Assembly: GCF_009914755.1 (NCBI RefSeq)
Contig: NC_060933.1
Direction: 5' to 3' (one strand)
DNA: 64,000 bases
Source: the human T2T-CHM13v2.0 reference genome, Homo sapiens
Under the pieces are notes generated by a model that had not been told where the DNA came from, did not search any database, and saw nothing but the letters and a program-made list of their open reading frames with translations. The translations under genes and the position numbers were made by a program. Each line of letters starts with the position of its first letter. Position 1 is the stretch's first letter. This document shows positions 12,620-26,500 of this stretch, piece by piece.

Positions 12620-13074
12620 TTTTTTAAGAGACAAGACCTCATTCTGTCACCCAGACTGGAGTGCAGTGGTGCAGTCATATAGCTTACTGCAGCCTTGAAC
12701 ATCTGGCCTCAAGTGATCTTCCTGTCCCAGACTCCTGAGTAACTGGGACTATAGGTGCATATCACCACGCCTGGATAATTTTGTTTTTAAAATTATTTGT
12801 AGAGATTGGGCCTCACTATATTGCCCAGGTTGGTCTTGAACTCCTGGCCTCAAGTAATCCCTCACTCAGCCTCCCAAAACACTGGGAATGCGGGTGTGAG
12901 CCACCACACCTAGTCAGAGAATGAGTACATTTTTATTGTGCCAAGAAAACATTTTTAAAAAGAGATGGAGTCTCCCTACGTTGCTTAGGATAGACTCAAA
13001 CCCCTTGGCTCAAGAGGTCCTCCCACTTCAGCCTCTTGAGTATCTGAGACTAGAGACATGCCACCATGCCGTGC
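12620..13074 (-). mobile_element. AluJ (about 12620-12914) plus a diverged Alu monomer/FLAM (about 12952-13074)
   Basis: Diverged Alu dimer, followed by agagatggagtctccctacgttg...gccaccatgcc. Confidence 0.85.
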
Positions 13075-14914
13075 TATTGACAAAAGAAAAAAAAACAAGT
13101 AACAAAAATCTTAAACCATTAGTCATATAGTCATAGCAAATCCAGATTTTCTGCTCAGCATGGACAGTGGAATCCAATAATCCAATGAGAATCAGAGTCA
13201 CTAGCCAAATTCCTCCCTCCCAGATCTATCCTGTCCATGACTTCAGAGGAAGGCCACATCATATGGCTCAGAACTCCGTGGGAGTAGAGCCACCTATACC
13301 TTACAATGGAGTTCTTCATTCAATACCGTTAGTGGATGCTGTATCCAGGGCCAGGCACTGGGGACACAGTGATAAAATGAACACTGTCCCTTTTTAAAAC
13401 AGGACACTGTTTAGTGGAAGAGGGAGGTAAAGATAATGAAAACAGAGTGTGCTAAATGCTTAGGTAGAGAGCAAAGCATCATAATACTGAGAACCTGTCT
13501 TCTAACTCCTTTTGCAAGGAGAAAGGCTATGAGAAATTTCCAGAGAAAGTACCAATTGCTCAGAGCCTTAAATAAAGGATGTGGAACTCGGGAAAGATGA
13601 CAGAAAGAGTATTATGAGCAAGAGAAAGGGGCAAGGTTTATACAGAAAGTTCCACACACTTTGGTTCCCCTGGAGCTTAAAGTGAGAGACAATTTTGTTA
13701 CCAAGAGAATTCATCTTCAAGCTAGGAAAGAGAGCCTGCTGTTTTCTACCCAATCTTACTTCTCTTCCAAGACCCTCATTTAAAAATTCCACTTCTTTTC
13801 ATAGCCCTACTGCCTGGCCCCACTCTCCTTTCTGACATCTGTTACTGTTATCCCAGATACCCTGGGTGCAGCGAGAGCAGAGTGTAGGGATCTGGACAGA
13901 CTTGGGCTTGAGCCTTCATTATATCTCGAACTCATTATGTGACTTTGGGTAAGTTCCTTAAATTCTTTAAGCCTCAGTTCCTTCTCTGAAAAATGTTGAG
14001 CATAAATCTCCCTCAAGAATTGTGGGGTTTCTTCTTTTGGTAGTGCTAAAATTCAATGTAATAATATAAGCAAAGTGCTTAACACACTACCCAAACTGGA
14101 TTAAGCAATCAACTAATTAAAGCATTTATTATCATTATTGTTATCCGGCTTAACCTAGATAAGCCTGCGGAGGGTCTTGCACAGAGTCAAAGCTCAATAA
14201 ATACTAAGTTCTCCATTTCCCTTTGGGGTAACCGATCGCCTTTGACTCACTGTTGTCCTTTCATGTTCAAATTTTACTATCCTTCCTGGATCCTGTAACA
14301 TTCAGGGTTTTCATCTCCATTCTACTTCATCCAGTCCCATTCATGGTTACACCTTGGATCTTGCCATAATTTGGAATCTGGATGTGGCTGCAACATTAAT
14401 TCCAAAGACACAGCTTCTGCTCATGGTCTTCTGTCTGCTCTCATATCTTGCTCTTTCATGCTTATCAAGTTTCTGCTTTGACCTCCAAAAGATCACCAGG
14501 TCCTGAATTTAGGCATATTGTGTCAAACACTTGGGAAAATATAAAACTGTTGCTGACAGATTTATATTAAACTGTTACGTGCCAGAAAAAATTGTTTTTC
14601 CAGCAGCTAGTTGGAAGAAAGGGGAGAACCCCACTCTCTTACTTTTAATTCCTTCCTTTCTTGAAATTTTACTTCCTCCAAGTTTCACTTCTTCCCTAAG
14701 AACTTGAAGTTCTCAGGTGATTTGTTACCAGGATTCATCTAAATGTACCATTCCTATTTTCCAAGTCTATCTCAGTATTCAATCACAATAACACTAATAA
14801 CATTTACTGTTTATGGAGTGTTTACTACATGACAGTTATTAGTTTAAGGTAAATACAGCCATCATTTTATGTAATCCTCATAATGTCCATGGTACATGGA
14901 AGTATCTGCCTCAT

Positions 14915-15400
14915 TTTTTTACCCCCAATTTCAAATCCACATTGTTGCTTCCTCAGTATAGATAGAGTACACTTCATTGCCCCTTGACTTGGGCTTGGCT
15001 GTGTGACTTGCTTTGGTGAATGGTATGTGTAGGGAACTCAGGATGTGCTAGTTATGAGCCTGGGCTTCAAGAAGCATCACATATTTCTACTCCCACACTT
15101 GCATCTGACACCACCAAGAGGAAGGCTTGTCGCAGCTAGTGTGCTAGATGAAGAAGGAAGAATGACTCAGGGTAGACTCACAGCTCTGCAGCATGGAGCA
15201 GAGTCACCTTAACTCCTACAGCCTGGGTCCTTGACCCTAGCAAATCTGTAAATGATGAGCAATGCCTGTGAGATGAGAACAACACTTCATTCTATCCTCC
15301 TTTCTATCCTCAGAACTAATCAATATTTATTATTTCAGGACACTAAGATTCTATAGTTGTTTGTTACGTAGCATTGTTGTGGCAGTGACTGACTGAAACA
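14915..15400 (+). mobile_element. Old MaLR LTR (MLT1H/J-like)
   Basis: ccttgacttgggcttggctgtgtgacttgctttgg...gttgtttgttacgtagcatt...gactgaaaca. Confidence 0.65.
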
Positions 15401-17411
15401 CAACCCTTCAAGATACATATCATTATCTCTATCTTATAAATGCGTGAGTGAGGCAAACAGAGCTTAATTAATTTTTCAAGGGTCATACACAACCTTAGAA
15501 TAGCAGAACTGCATAAATATCCTCAAATACTACTTTAGGGCTTATTTTGCAGTGGGAACAATAAACATGATTTAATAAATTGACTTCCATACAGAAGAGG
15601 GTGAAATAAATGGTCCTCCTCACAGCCACCTTTCCTTTAGACCACATTAGTGATAATTGTGAGGATGATCCAAGAATTGACAATCACCTGAAACTAGAGG
15701 TATCCCTCGTCAGTGGCATTAGAGACTGTTAACACATCCATTCACAGTTTTTAGAGTTGAGCTATGCTTGCCGAATGAATGAACACATGTTTCCAGGCAT
15801 GTATGACCAGGCACTCAATGAAGGGTATAAAAATATGCATTGTGACAAGAGTATATTACTTACCCATAATATGGCTGGGAATGGGGATGAGGAGAGAGCA
15901 GAATGTGGAATCTGTATAAATTCTCACTACTTCAACTGTCAGATTTTCCACCCATCTTCTTTGAAACTAAGGCAAATCTTCCCAGTGCAATAGGGTGGTT
16001 ATAAAATTAAACATATGTAAGTCAACTATAACGAATGGCAGGGATGTTAGAGCAAAATTAATGCAGCCACATTATAAATATGTCCTATTTCTCAATATTA
16101 AACTCTTAAAAATAGACTGGCTAAATATATAGACAATAATGGATTGAGGCTAAGTTGGCGTTACTATGAGGCTTGGGATTTTCCATTTAATGGCTTATAA
16201 TTTCCATTTCCCATTTCTACATGACAGTAAGAGCAGGCTGGCTTCATTATTCATGATTACATGCCGTCACCATCAACAAAAACACAAGCAGGAAGCTAGA
16301 GAGTAACATTTGGGGTGTAGCAGAGGATCCTGAATTGGAAACTCAGCAGATCTGGAAGCAGAAGAATGGCACTCAAGTTCCATGTTAGTTGCTGTGTGAC
16401 TTTGGACACTTCACCAAGCCTCTCTCAGCCTCAGGAAATTAAAACTACTGTGACATGTATCTTAAAGCATTTGGTAAGCTAGGTCATTATAAAAGTTTGC
16501 AATATTATCACTTCATTTTTACTAGTAAACCCTAGTTACAAATTCTGCTTAACACATCCTTAATTAAACAGTATACATACAAAAGGATGAGATAAAACAA
16601 ATGGTTAAAACATGTGAAAAATTATTTTATTATTATATACATCAAGGTCCAAATCCTGGTTCTGCCTGTTAGCATCTGCTTACCCTTGAGTACAATGACA
16701 TTGATGTTCTGAGCCTCTCAGTTGTCCTTTGTTTACTTAATGGGGATAAAGATATATATAATAAGGATTTAAATAAGAAAACTGTAATATCATTCACTCA
16801 TTGTGTGTTTAGTGTTTACTCTACACCAGGCACCATTACCTCATATGCCACTCACCACAAGCCTAGGAAGTGAGTGACATTATGGAGAGAGCCCATAGCT
16901 TGTCTGACTTCCATGATCTTAACCACTCTGAAATACAGGAAGAGGAGCAAAAGAAGAGTGTGGAGGGAACAGAGAAGAGATCAAACTGTGGAGTGCTGGA
17001 CTGTCCCAAGCATGTATGGAGGCTGCTGTATAGATATGGGGTCCCATATGCATCCCAGAAATTGTTTCTATCCCATGGTAGATAATCCTGAATTGTCTTC
17101 TTCTTTTCCTTGTTTTGGCCCTGGTTAAAACTGGCTCAGCTAAATATTATAGATAACTCCTTTCTTCTCTATCCCCTTCCCAAACAGCAGCCAAAAAACT
17201 GAGCTAAGGCAGTAGAGAGGACAGGAAATCATGTCTTCAGCAGAGCAGAACAAATTCCTTCTCTGATGTTTTTTGGTGAAATAATAGAGATCCATCCTAG
17301 GGAGCCATTTGCACAGGGAGCCTGCATGTACGGGTGGACGGGTCTTGAAGAATGCTCTTATATTGCTAATGTGCACAATGAGGTAGAGAAATGTGATAAA
17401 AAGAAAGAGAC

Positions 17412-17443
<32 letters not shown>

Positions 17444-18294
17444 GCTGTGATAGAACCTCAAAACCAAGCCCCTCTCTGTGCAACACAGGAGACTCTGATA
17501 ACCTCAGAAGGAAGCTCACACTCCAGGCACTGTTCTGATAAGGGTTACAGACTATCAAGTGCTATCTCTCTTCTCTGAGTATCCTCCTCCTCTTCCTTAT
17601 CCTTTATCTGTCACCTATGGATTTAAAGCTCCAGACATTGGACCTGAATTAGAGGTAGGTTTCCAAGCAGACTTTTTTGCAGTCCACACCAATAATGTAG
17701 ATTTTATAAACACATTCAACTGGACATTTTTCCTTCTCTCCTAACTTTTCATTCAATTATCTGGGCATCAGAGAGATCAATATGAGTTAACAGTAAGGTG
17801 ACCACTAAAGTCTAGAACCAAGAAGAGCACAGCTTTACTCTTCATTGCTCAGACCATACCTAGGAGTGTGTTGAGAGATGAGTGTTACATTAAGCATATT
17901 ATTAACAGAGCAGAGTAGGTCCAGATATGAGAAGCTAGTCTGACATGGAAGATTGTAATGGTATCATGAGGAACTACAAGACTCTAAGGGAGTAGAAGTT
18001 AGCTGCCTTCAATTAAATGAAGGGCTATAGTACTAGCACCACTTCTAATATTAATGTTTAACATGTGTATTGCTATAGCTGCACCCCAGGCTCCACGATG
18101 CATGCATTATGTATGTTATAATTACAAGAACTAGTATCTTTTGAGTGCTTACACTGGGCCAGACATCTGCTAAAGGGTTTTGAAGTTATAATTTCATGAC
18201 ATTCTCTATGATGCTGCAAAACAAACACTATTTATAACTCTCTTTAACAGATGGGAAAACTGATCCTGAGAGAGATTAAGGCTCTTGACTAACA

Positions 18295-18493
18295 CAGGGT
18301 TTCTCAACTTTGGCACTATTGACATTTGAAGCTGGCTAATTCTTTGCTGTGGAAACTGTCTGATGCATTGTAAGGTGTTTAGCAGTATTCCTGGCCTCTA
18401 TCCATTAGACTCTAGCAGCCCTCTCCCCAAGCTGTGACAATGAAGAGTGTCTCTAGATACTGCCAGATGTCCATTCAGGTTGTGAACCAATGG
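18295..18493. mobile_element. MER20 (hAT-Charlie)
   Basis: cagggtttctcaactttggcactattgacattt...gcattgtaaggtgtttagcag...tgtgacaatg. Confidence 0.85.
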
Positions 18494-21400
18494 ACTAAGG
18501 TAACAACTATTATTTTATGAATCTACATCTAGAGATTCCTAACTAAGGAAAGAAGACCATGAAGAGGTGTTAACTGGGTGCAAGCCGGCAGTGACATCAC
18601 TTTGCAAAAATGAAAACAAAAAACCCAGAAGAGATTAAAGCATTTGATAAACGTGAACTAAAAGGCAGGTCAGACCACTGACAATGCTTCAAGTCCATTA
18701 TCCTGTGAATTTAAAACTTGAGGTTATTTTTATTCTGTTTTGCAGTAACTGTGGTTTAGTAGTTGTAGAGGAAGATGAAAATCTTAATTTGAAATGTCTT
18801 CTCCTTAGCAGAAGCCTGAAGAAATTCACCTTGCCTCAACATGTATGAGGTTAGGAAGGTGCCACTCCCAACTCCATTTATTCACTCCTCCAGCACATAC
18901 ACACAGACATACAGACATACACCCTCTTGTCCATGCCTCTGGGCTCAAAAACAATTGATCTGATTCGTTATCTAGCTCTCCGCAGAAGAAAGCTGAGATA
19001 CAATAGCAAGTCATCAGCTGTGCAGCAAATTGGCAAGTTTCCACTGGTTTGTAATAAGTTAATGATGCCCAAGAAAGGAAGACATAGACAGGAGGGAAGC
19101 CCACAGCCTCCCACCTGTCTCTTTTCATGGCCAGAACATCTATCCCCTAAGCTGTATTTGAACACAGAGGAGGGAAGCAGAAAGGAGACATGCACATCTC
19201 TAGCAATTAGAGACTGGAAGGAAAAAAGACACATGGATCCAAGTTAGCAGGAAGCCTGGTGGAAGCCAATCATCCTGGTGGCATTTCAGAGTCAGTCCTC
19301 AAAAGAGCCTCATGCAAGGAATTATACCAAGATGAAGTTAAATTAAAGCTGGACTGAGTTGGGCTGGACATCAAAATGAATTCTTCAATTAACTTATATG
19401 ACTCAGGCACTGAAATAAAAATGAAAAGGGGGAGAATATGGACTTCCATATCCAGAAAGCCAAGTCAGATCTATCTGTCTGGGTGACTTTAGCCTTCATC
19501 TGCAAAACAGGGACTGAAGCAACACTTGGATGTTGAGTATGGTATATCAAAGAAGAATGAAAGGTTTTCTTAGGTGGCATACATAAAGATGCAGAAGTAC
19601 AAACTCATTTTCAGTTCAGAAACTGATGAGTTATTTAGTATGACTAGAGTTCAGTTTTCCTATAGGGTTGGTGCTATAGATGAGAAGGAGCGAATGACCC
19701 CATCGTGATGAGGCTTAAATGCCAAGCTACACATTTGAAGTTTAGTCTGTATAACATATATAAGAAGACTTTCATCAGAAGAGTGACACTGTCAGAGATA
19801 TACTTAAGAAAGATCAGTGTAACTATAACTATGGAACAAGGATCTTAGGGAAAAGAATGCATCATGATAATAATGATGAAAAGAGCTGCAATTTATTAAG
19901 CCACATGGCATGTATTGGCATTTAGCACAGTGCCAGTAACTGTGCTAGGCATTTTACCTGAATTTCCCAATTTAATACAACAGTGTAAGGTAAATACTTA
20001 TACAAAATAAAAAAATAGAAAAAATTAAGCCTATAATTAAAGTTGTGCTCAAAGTCTCAATAGTAATTATACGTGTAGTCAGGGTACTAACCCAGTTCCA
20101 CTGCTAGTGACTATGCATTTATTCAAATAAACTGTGCAAGTCCAGATACAAAGATACAGATTTTGACTATAGCAGTATCAAAGGAAATAGAAAACAGGAC
20201 ATGCATTTAGAAAAGATATGTTTAGGGGTTAGAATGGGCAAGAATGAAAGGACTTAGATATGAATTGGAGGAGACAGGAAGAAGTCAAGACTGCATTCTA
20301 ATTTTCCCATTTGGAATGCTATATAAGTATGATTTGAGAGTTAACTATATCCCGATATATCCAGAAGTTGGTTGGATGTTCCCCTTTGCAATTACAGACG
20401 GATGACTTGTCATTGATATGTTCCTTACTATGATCAACTTGTCTACAGAACTAAATCAAAACTTTCACCACAGAAAATTTTAAAATGTCATGGCATGAAT
20501 AAATTTCCACATTTCCCTATCAGTATCAGTGAGTGCATGGCAGAAGGGCATTGGGTGAGGCCACGTCCTAGACTCTGGGATTTTGTCAAGACTAGAAGAT
20601 TCAGGCAGATAGCCAGGAAGAACACTGGTGAAATGTGCAGGGGGGCTTGTGGAAGACTGAACTTGAAACTTTGGTAAACAAAATTTATGCAAATATTTAC
20701 ACTGTCCTATTAAATTTGCTTATCATGAATCTCTCTGTGGCTTTGACCTACCAGGTAAGTCAAATCCTTGTGGTCTCACTGCTTTTCTGGGACAACAGAC
20801 ATTGCACTCACTCTGATCTTCACTGCTTGCCCACCTTCAGCAAAGTCTCCATCCCTTTCTGCATCCTTGTCCTCTTGGATGTACCTGGCCCTCCCTACCT
20901 CATCCTCTCTCCAGTCACAGTCCTCATTCACTTCCAAGCTAATTGTCTCCACTGGTGTATGCAAACGAACCATTTATGGGAAATGCCGTGGAATGTTAAT
21001 TTCATTTGAAATTGGGTAATTGCAAAAAGTGCTTCCACTTTTTTATTATATAGAATGAATAAGTATTGTATTAATAGTGCCATTTCCAATTATGACCACT
21101 ATCGCAGGCCTGTCGTCTGCTAACTGTGGGTTATTTTTCATGGAGCATTTTTCTGAACAGTTTTTTTAAAATCCCCCCTTCTTTGCACCATTGTAATTAA
21201 GATAATGCAGAATAATTATAAAAACATTGGAAGCTCAAATGCCAGCATAGACTATCCAACTAGTGCTGCATGCTTATTCTAATTTCTCAAGCGAAAAAGA
21301 AAAAGTGTTGGAGTCTACTGAGGAAGGCGGATGAAGGTTGATGAAGTCAGCAAGAAATTGGCCAGAACAGCTCAGAAAACCTGGCCAGAGCCCATGTGTG

Positions 21401-21719
21401 GGGAGCTGAGCTTGATTAGATATTTCTAGAAAGCAACCAGGAAGTGTGCTAAAGATTTTTGGGTATTGAAAAAATATTTATTGAGCATCAATTCATTATT
21501 GAGTTGTGTGCCACCATGCACAGCTAAATTTTGTGCATCTACTGTATATCAGGTGCTTGATATAGATGATCTGATTTCCCCATCAAGACAACTTCATGAG
21601 ATTTGTTTTTTATTACCATTTGACAGATAAAGAAACTAAAAGTCTAAGACGTTAAGGAAGTTGGACAACTTGAAAAACCAGAATTTGCAAGCTGAGATTT
21701 AATCCTCGATTCTACTCTT

Positions 21720-22125
21720 AGCTAGTTATGGCAATTAGCTAGTTATTGCTATTAAGAACCACTCCAAACAAGATTGTATTCATCAATGTGTTTGTGGGTA
21801 AAGTGGAGGTCAGATTAGTCTGGCTAGGCTCAGTTTTGCTCCAAGCTGCAGATTGAGTTCAGGTTTACTTCATGTCTCACATCTTCTTTAAGCCAATGGA
21901 CTATGTGGGACATATTCCCACAAAGATATGAAAGTCACAAGAAGGATACTCCACTATGAAAATGCATTTAAGGCCTTCGTTTGTGTCCTACCTACTTACA
22001 TCTTAATGGTCAAAGTAAGCCAGATGGCCAAGCTCAACATCAATAGGATGGGAAAGTGTACCCTGCCCACAGTGGCCAATGGGGAGTGAATATTTGCCGA
22101 ATGGTAATCCAAGCTATTAAATAAC
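21720..22125 (-). mobile_element. Old MaLR LTR (MLT1 family)
   Basis: ggtcaaagtaagccagatggccaagctcaacatcaataggatgggaaag...gtgaatatttgccgaat. Confidence 0.6.
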
Positions 22126-23158
22126 ATACCTATAAAATGTTTCAAGTTTCTACAACACCATGAAAATCACACAGGATCTAAGTTCCTAGGGTGCAGGGGT
22201 CCAGTCAAAGGGAGGCATCTGTGGTGACACAGAAGTGGTATAGTATTATGTGACCTGGAGCAAGGTAGTTCCTCATTGTCACTTTTCCCATCCATATAAA
22301 TCACAATAACACAGGACCAATCTCCCTAAAATGGCCACTAGAGGGTGACTATGATGCCTATAACAAGTTTTAAGAAATGGAATGCTTCTTTGTATGCTCA
22401 TGTCCTATCAACTTGTTCTGCTTTATTCTTCATTAAACATATTATATATTTATTTTTATTATTTTTCCTCCCTTGAGTTTCCAAATGTATGCTAAATGAA
22501 TATAATGACTTTCTATTTCATTAACTTTTATATTGCCCATACCTAAAACACTGACTAGAATGTAGTAGGCACTCAGTAAGATTTCTTAATAAGTGAAATG
22601 CAAGGTGTGCAAACCCCAGCTTATAAATATCCTGTATATGTAACACAAAGAATGATACAAAGAACTGAACTTGCACTAACTAGGTACTGTCTTGACTCTG
22701 AAGAAAGGACAAGGTTTTGTGAGAGACACAGTGGGATGATGAAGATCATAATGGGAAGAGATGGTGATTTCATGTTGGTACTAATGATAATGGAAATTAT
22801 AAAGTACACACACACACACACGCACACATACACACACACAAATGGTCCCTCAACTTGAAATCAAAAGTAGTGATGACATTTTCTGAGCTGTGAAATTTTG
22901 GCAGATCTTTTAACCACTGCAATTCTCAAGGGATCTTATCTATGTAATTGGTTTAATAATATAGACTGCCAGAATATCTCAAGTCTCTGAGATAACATGT
23001 TAAAGCATCTGACACAAAATATATGTAGCTACCAGGATGATGATGATGGTGGTGGTGGGGACAGTGGTAGTGGTAATGATGATTAGCATTCTCTTACCAT
23101 GTTGTTTTTCTTGGGAAAGGAACACAAAAATAACTCTTGTGAAAGTAAACAGAATTAA

Positions 23159-23560
<402 letters not shown>

Positions 23561-26500
23561 AAGAGGAGGCTTCTCTAAAGACTCTTAAAGACTATGTAAG
23601 ATTCATATATGGGGAGATGGAAGAGCAAAATTCTGGCAAGGGGAAACAAAGCAAGAAAATCTACAGAGAGAGAAAAGGGCACAGGTAACAGTTACAACTG
23701 TCCAAACAATTTTCACACATTTTTCTTTTTCTTTTTTTTTTAGAATCTTTAGATTTATCTTAGCAATTCCAGAGTTACTATATTAGTTGATTTCTATAAT
23801 AGCCATGTATGACATATAGGACAGTTTATATCACCACTTTATAGATAAAGAAACAGAGACTCAAAGAGAGTGCATAATTTAACTTTGTAGCTGGGTGAAA
23901 AATGGAAATTTCAGCTCAGACCTTGAAGTGACACATATCAGAAATCAAAATGAGTTGGAGGTAGATCACCCAATAGATCATGAGAAAAGCAGATAGATAA
24001 GAACCAGTTAGTAAACTATTAAACTTTTTTATCCTATCAGGGGAAGAACAGGTAACTTTTGAAGAGATGATTTATAGAGGATTTTTTGGGAAACAGCATT
24101 ATTGTGAGCCTCACCTCCTCCTTCCTGGAGGTGAGTGCCTGCTCTCTTGGCAAGTGTAGAGAGAAGGGTTCTCTCAGGACTACTCACGGAGCTTCACTTG
24201 TGGTCCCTGGCCAGTGATCTGGTGTCCAGGTTTACACCAGGGAAATGTATGGAATGAGATGGGCTGGCCAGCTGCTCTGGTGAGAGCAAAGCAGAAGTAT
24301 CTGTGTAGGCATTCGCTTATATGCCCAGAGCATTCTCCAAGGCCCAGGTAGGATGACAAACCAGAGAAAACAAGCATGTGGTTAAAATACAGAAGAGCTA
24401 CTAAAAACAAGGACTCTAAGCCAGACTGTATGAGCTCCAATCCTGGCTCCTCCACATACCAGCTGTGAGATCTTGGGCAAGTTCTTTAAGCTTTCCTAGC
24501 CTCGGTTTCTGTATCTGTAAAATCTGTAAAATTCAGATAATAATTGTACTGTTGTACAAAGGGTGTTGTGAGGATTAAATGAGTAAATATAGGTAAATCA
24601 TTCATTACATTGTAAGGCCTATGCATATGTTGGTTAGTTATCAAAATCATCCTAAATTCCGTGGAATAAGGATGCCTGGAGGGGTGAACAGATCTCATTA
24701 GAGAGAAGCCAGAGAAATTATTGGATTCATAGAATGAGTGAATGAACACATGGGAACATGCATGCATCCAAACACATTAAAGAAACCTCAGAAGAGAGAT
24801 GGGTAGGAACAGGGACTGGTTTCTAAGGAGACCAGGAAAATGCTCCCAGACAAAGATCTTTAATGTCTACCGGGATCACTGAAGTTGAAGTCAGGTTATG
24901 AAAATGCCAGTCAACCTTTCCTGCTCCTCATACCTTTCTCTGCCAGGCTCCATCTACACGGAAGCCCCAGAGGGGTTACAAACAGTAGCTAAAAAGTAGG
25001 GGAGGAGGTAAGTGACAAAGAGAAAGCAAGCAAGTTTCACCTGCCTTCCTCAGCTCCCAAGACAGCTACAACTCCAGTTAGGGGAGCAGAAGGGAGGCCC
25101 ACCTTTGAGTGGAGACTGAAAGGTTGGCAAATATATGGCATTGAACATCTCTGAATTGAGACTGTATTTTGTACATTCAGTAAATGCTGGACTTTGTATT
25201 ACCTAATGCTGATCAGAAAAGTCACAGGACTGCCAAGTTTTCATCCAGGGGCAGAGGAAAAACTAATGCCATAATACTACTCAACAAGTATAAAGGGTGA
25301 TAGGAAATAAGAGTAAAGATGCTTTGTGACTGCATCACATGGGCCATTCCTGGACAGCATACTGGGTTACAACTTTCTCATACTATTTTTGTAATACTTA
25401 CTATTTTATTACATTTATACAACTTTTTTTCACTCTAGCCAGGGCTTTTAAATAAATCATCACAACCAATCCAGATAAAAATTACTTAGCATGGAAGTGG
25501 CAGAATTTGACTTGAGTCTACATCTCCCAACTCAGGAACCATTCTCCCTACCATGAGACAATCGATATATACAATTTATGAGTCTAAATAATGCATTTTT
25601 CCCTTTAGTTCACACTTGGATTGACCATTAATAAGTCTTTTTTCCCCCAACGGGTTAAGTACTTTTGCTATATATTCCCATTTTATTGTAGACTTCCACT
25701 CTTGTAACACTTTTCATAGGTGCAATGATGTGTGATTGCTACCAATTGAAAATGACTTCCACACAGGCAAAGGCCATATTTGTATAACTTATGACTCTCC
25801 AGCGACCAGCATAGTGCCTGGCATATAGCAGGAACTCACTATATGTCTGATAAATGAATGAATAAATGGATTAATCATCATTTTCACCATCAGTTTCAAA
25901 GCACTGATCTTTTTGAGTTCAGTGATTTTTTGATTGATAAACAATTGGTTTCATGCATAAAGATCTGTCTTGAAATATATTTTCAATTAAAACATTACAT
26001 CCACTGGGTTTTAAAATCAGTTTTAGAAGCATCCACTTTTAGAGGTATGTGAAACCTTCAAAATCATGATTTTCATATGGGGAAACTGAGTCCCAGAAAT
26101 TGAGAACAACATTGAGACAAGGTCAGGATGAGAATGCAGGCAGAAATCTGCCCCTAAGTTCAGCACTCTTTCTGTGACATCCAACTGGCTGAAGAACCCT
26201 TTGGCCCTGTATAGCTGATTGTTTTTATGGATTCATACTCCAGGGTATCACCTGGTGAGACTGTCATTGGGTGTAAATGAAAAGTGAACAGAAGCCTGGA
26301 GGAAGCTTCCACTCTGGCATAAATAAAGGAGAGCAGAATCCTAGCCTAATGTTGTATGAAGTTTGGGGAAAGATCAATAGCTATTAAATCAAAACAGCCT
26401 CCTGGTCTCCTTAAACCCCTGCCCCCCAATCCCCTCCAGGTAGCCAGCAGGCTCTGAAGTGTGTTATTCATGGGTAGATTTGAGGTTGTGAATGAAGCAT

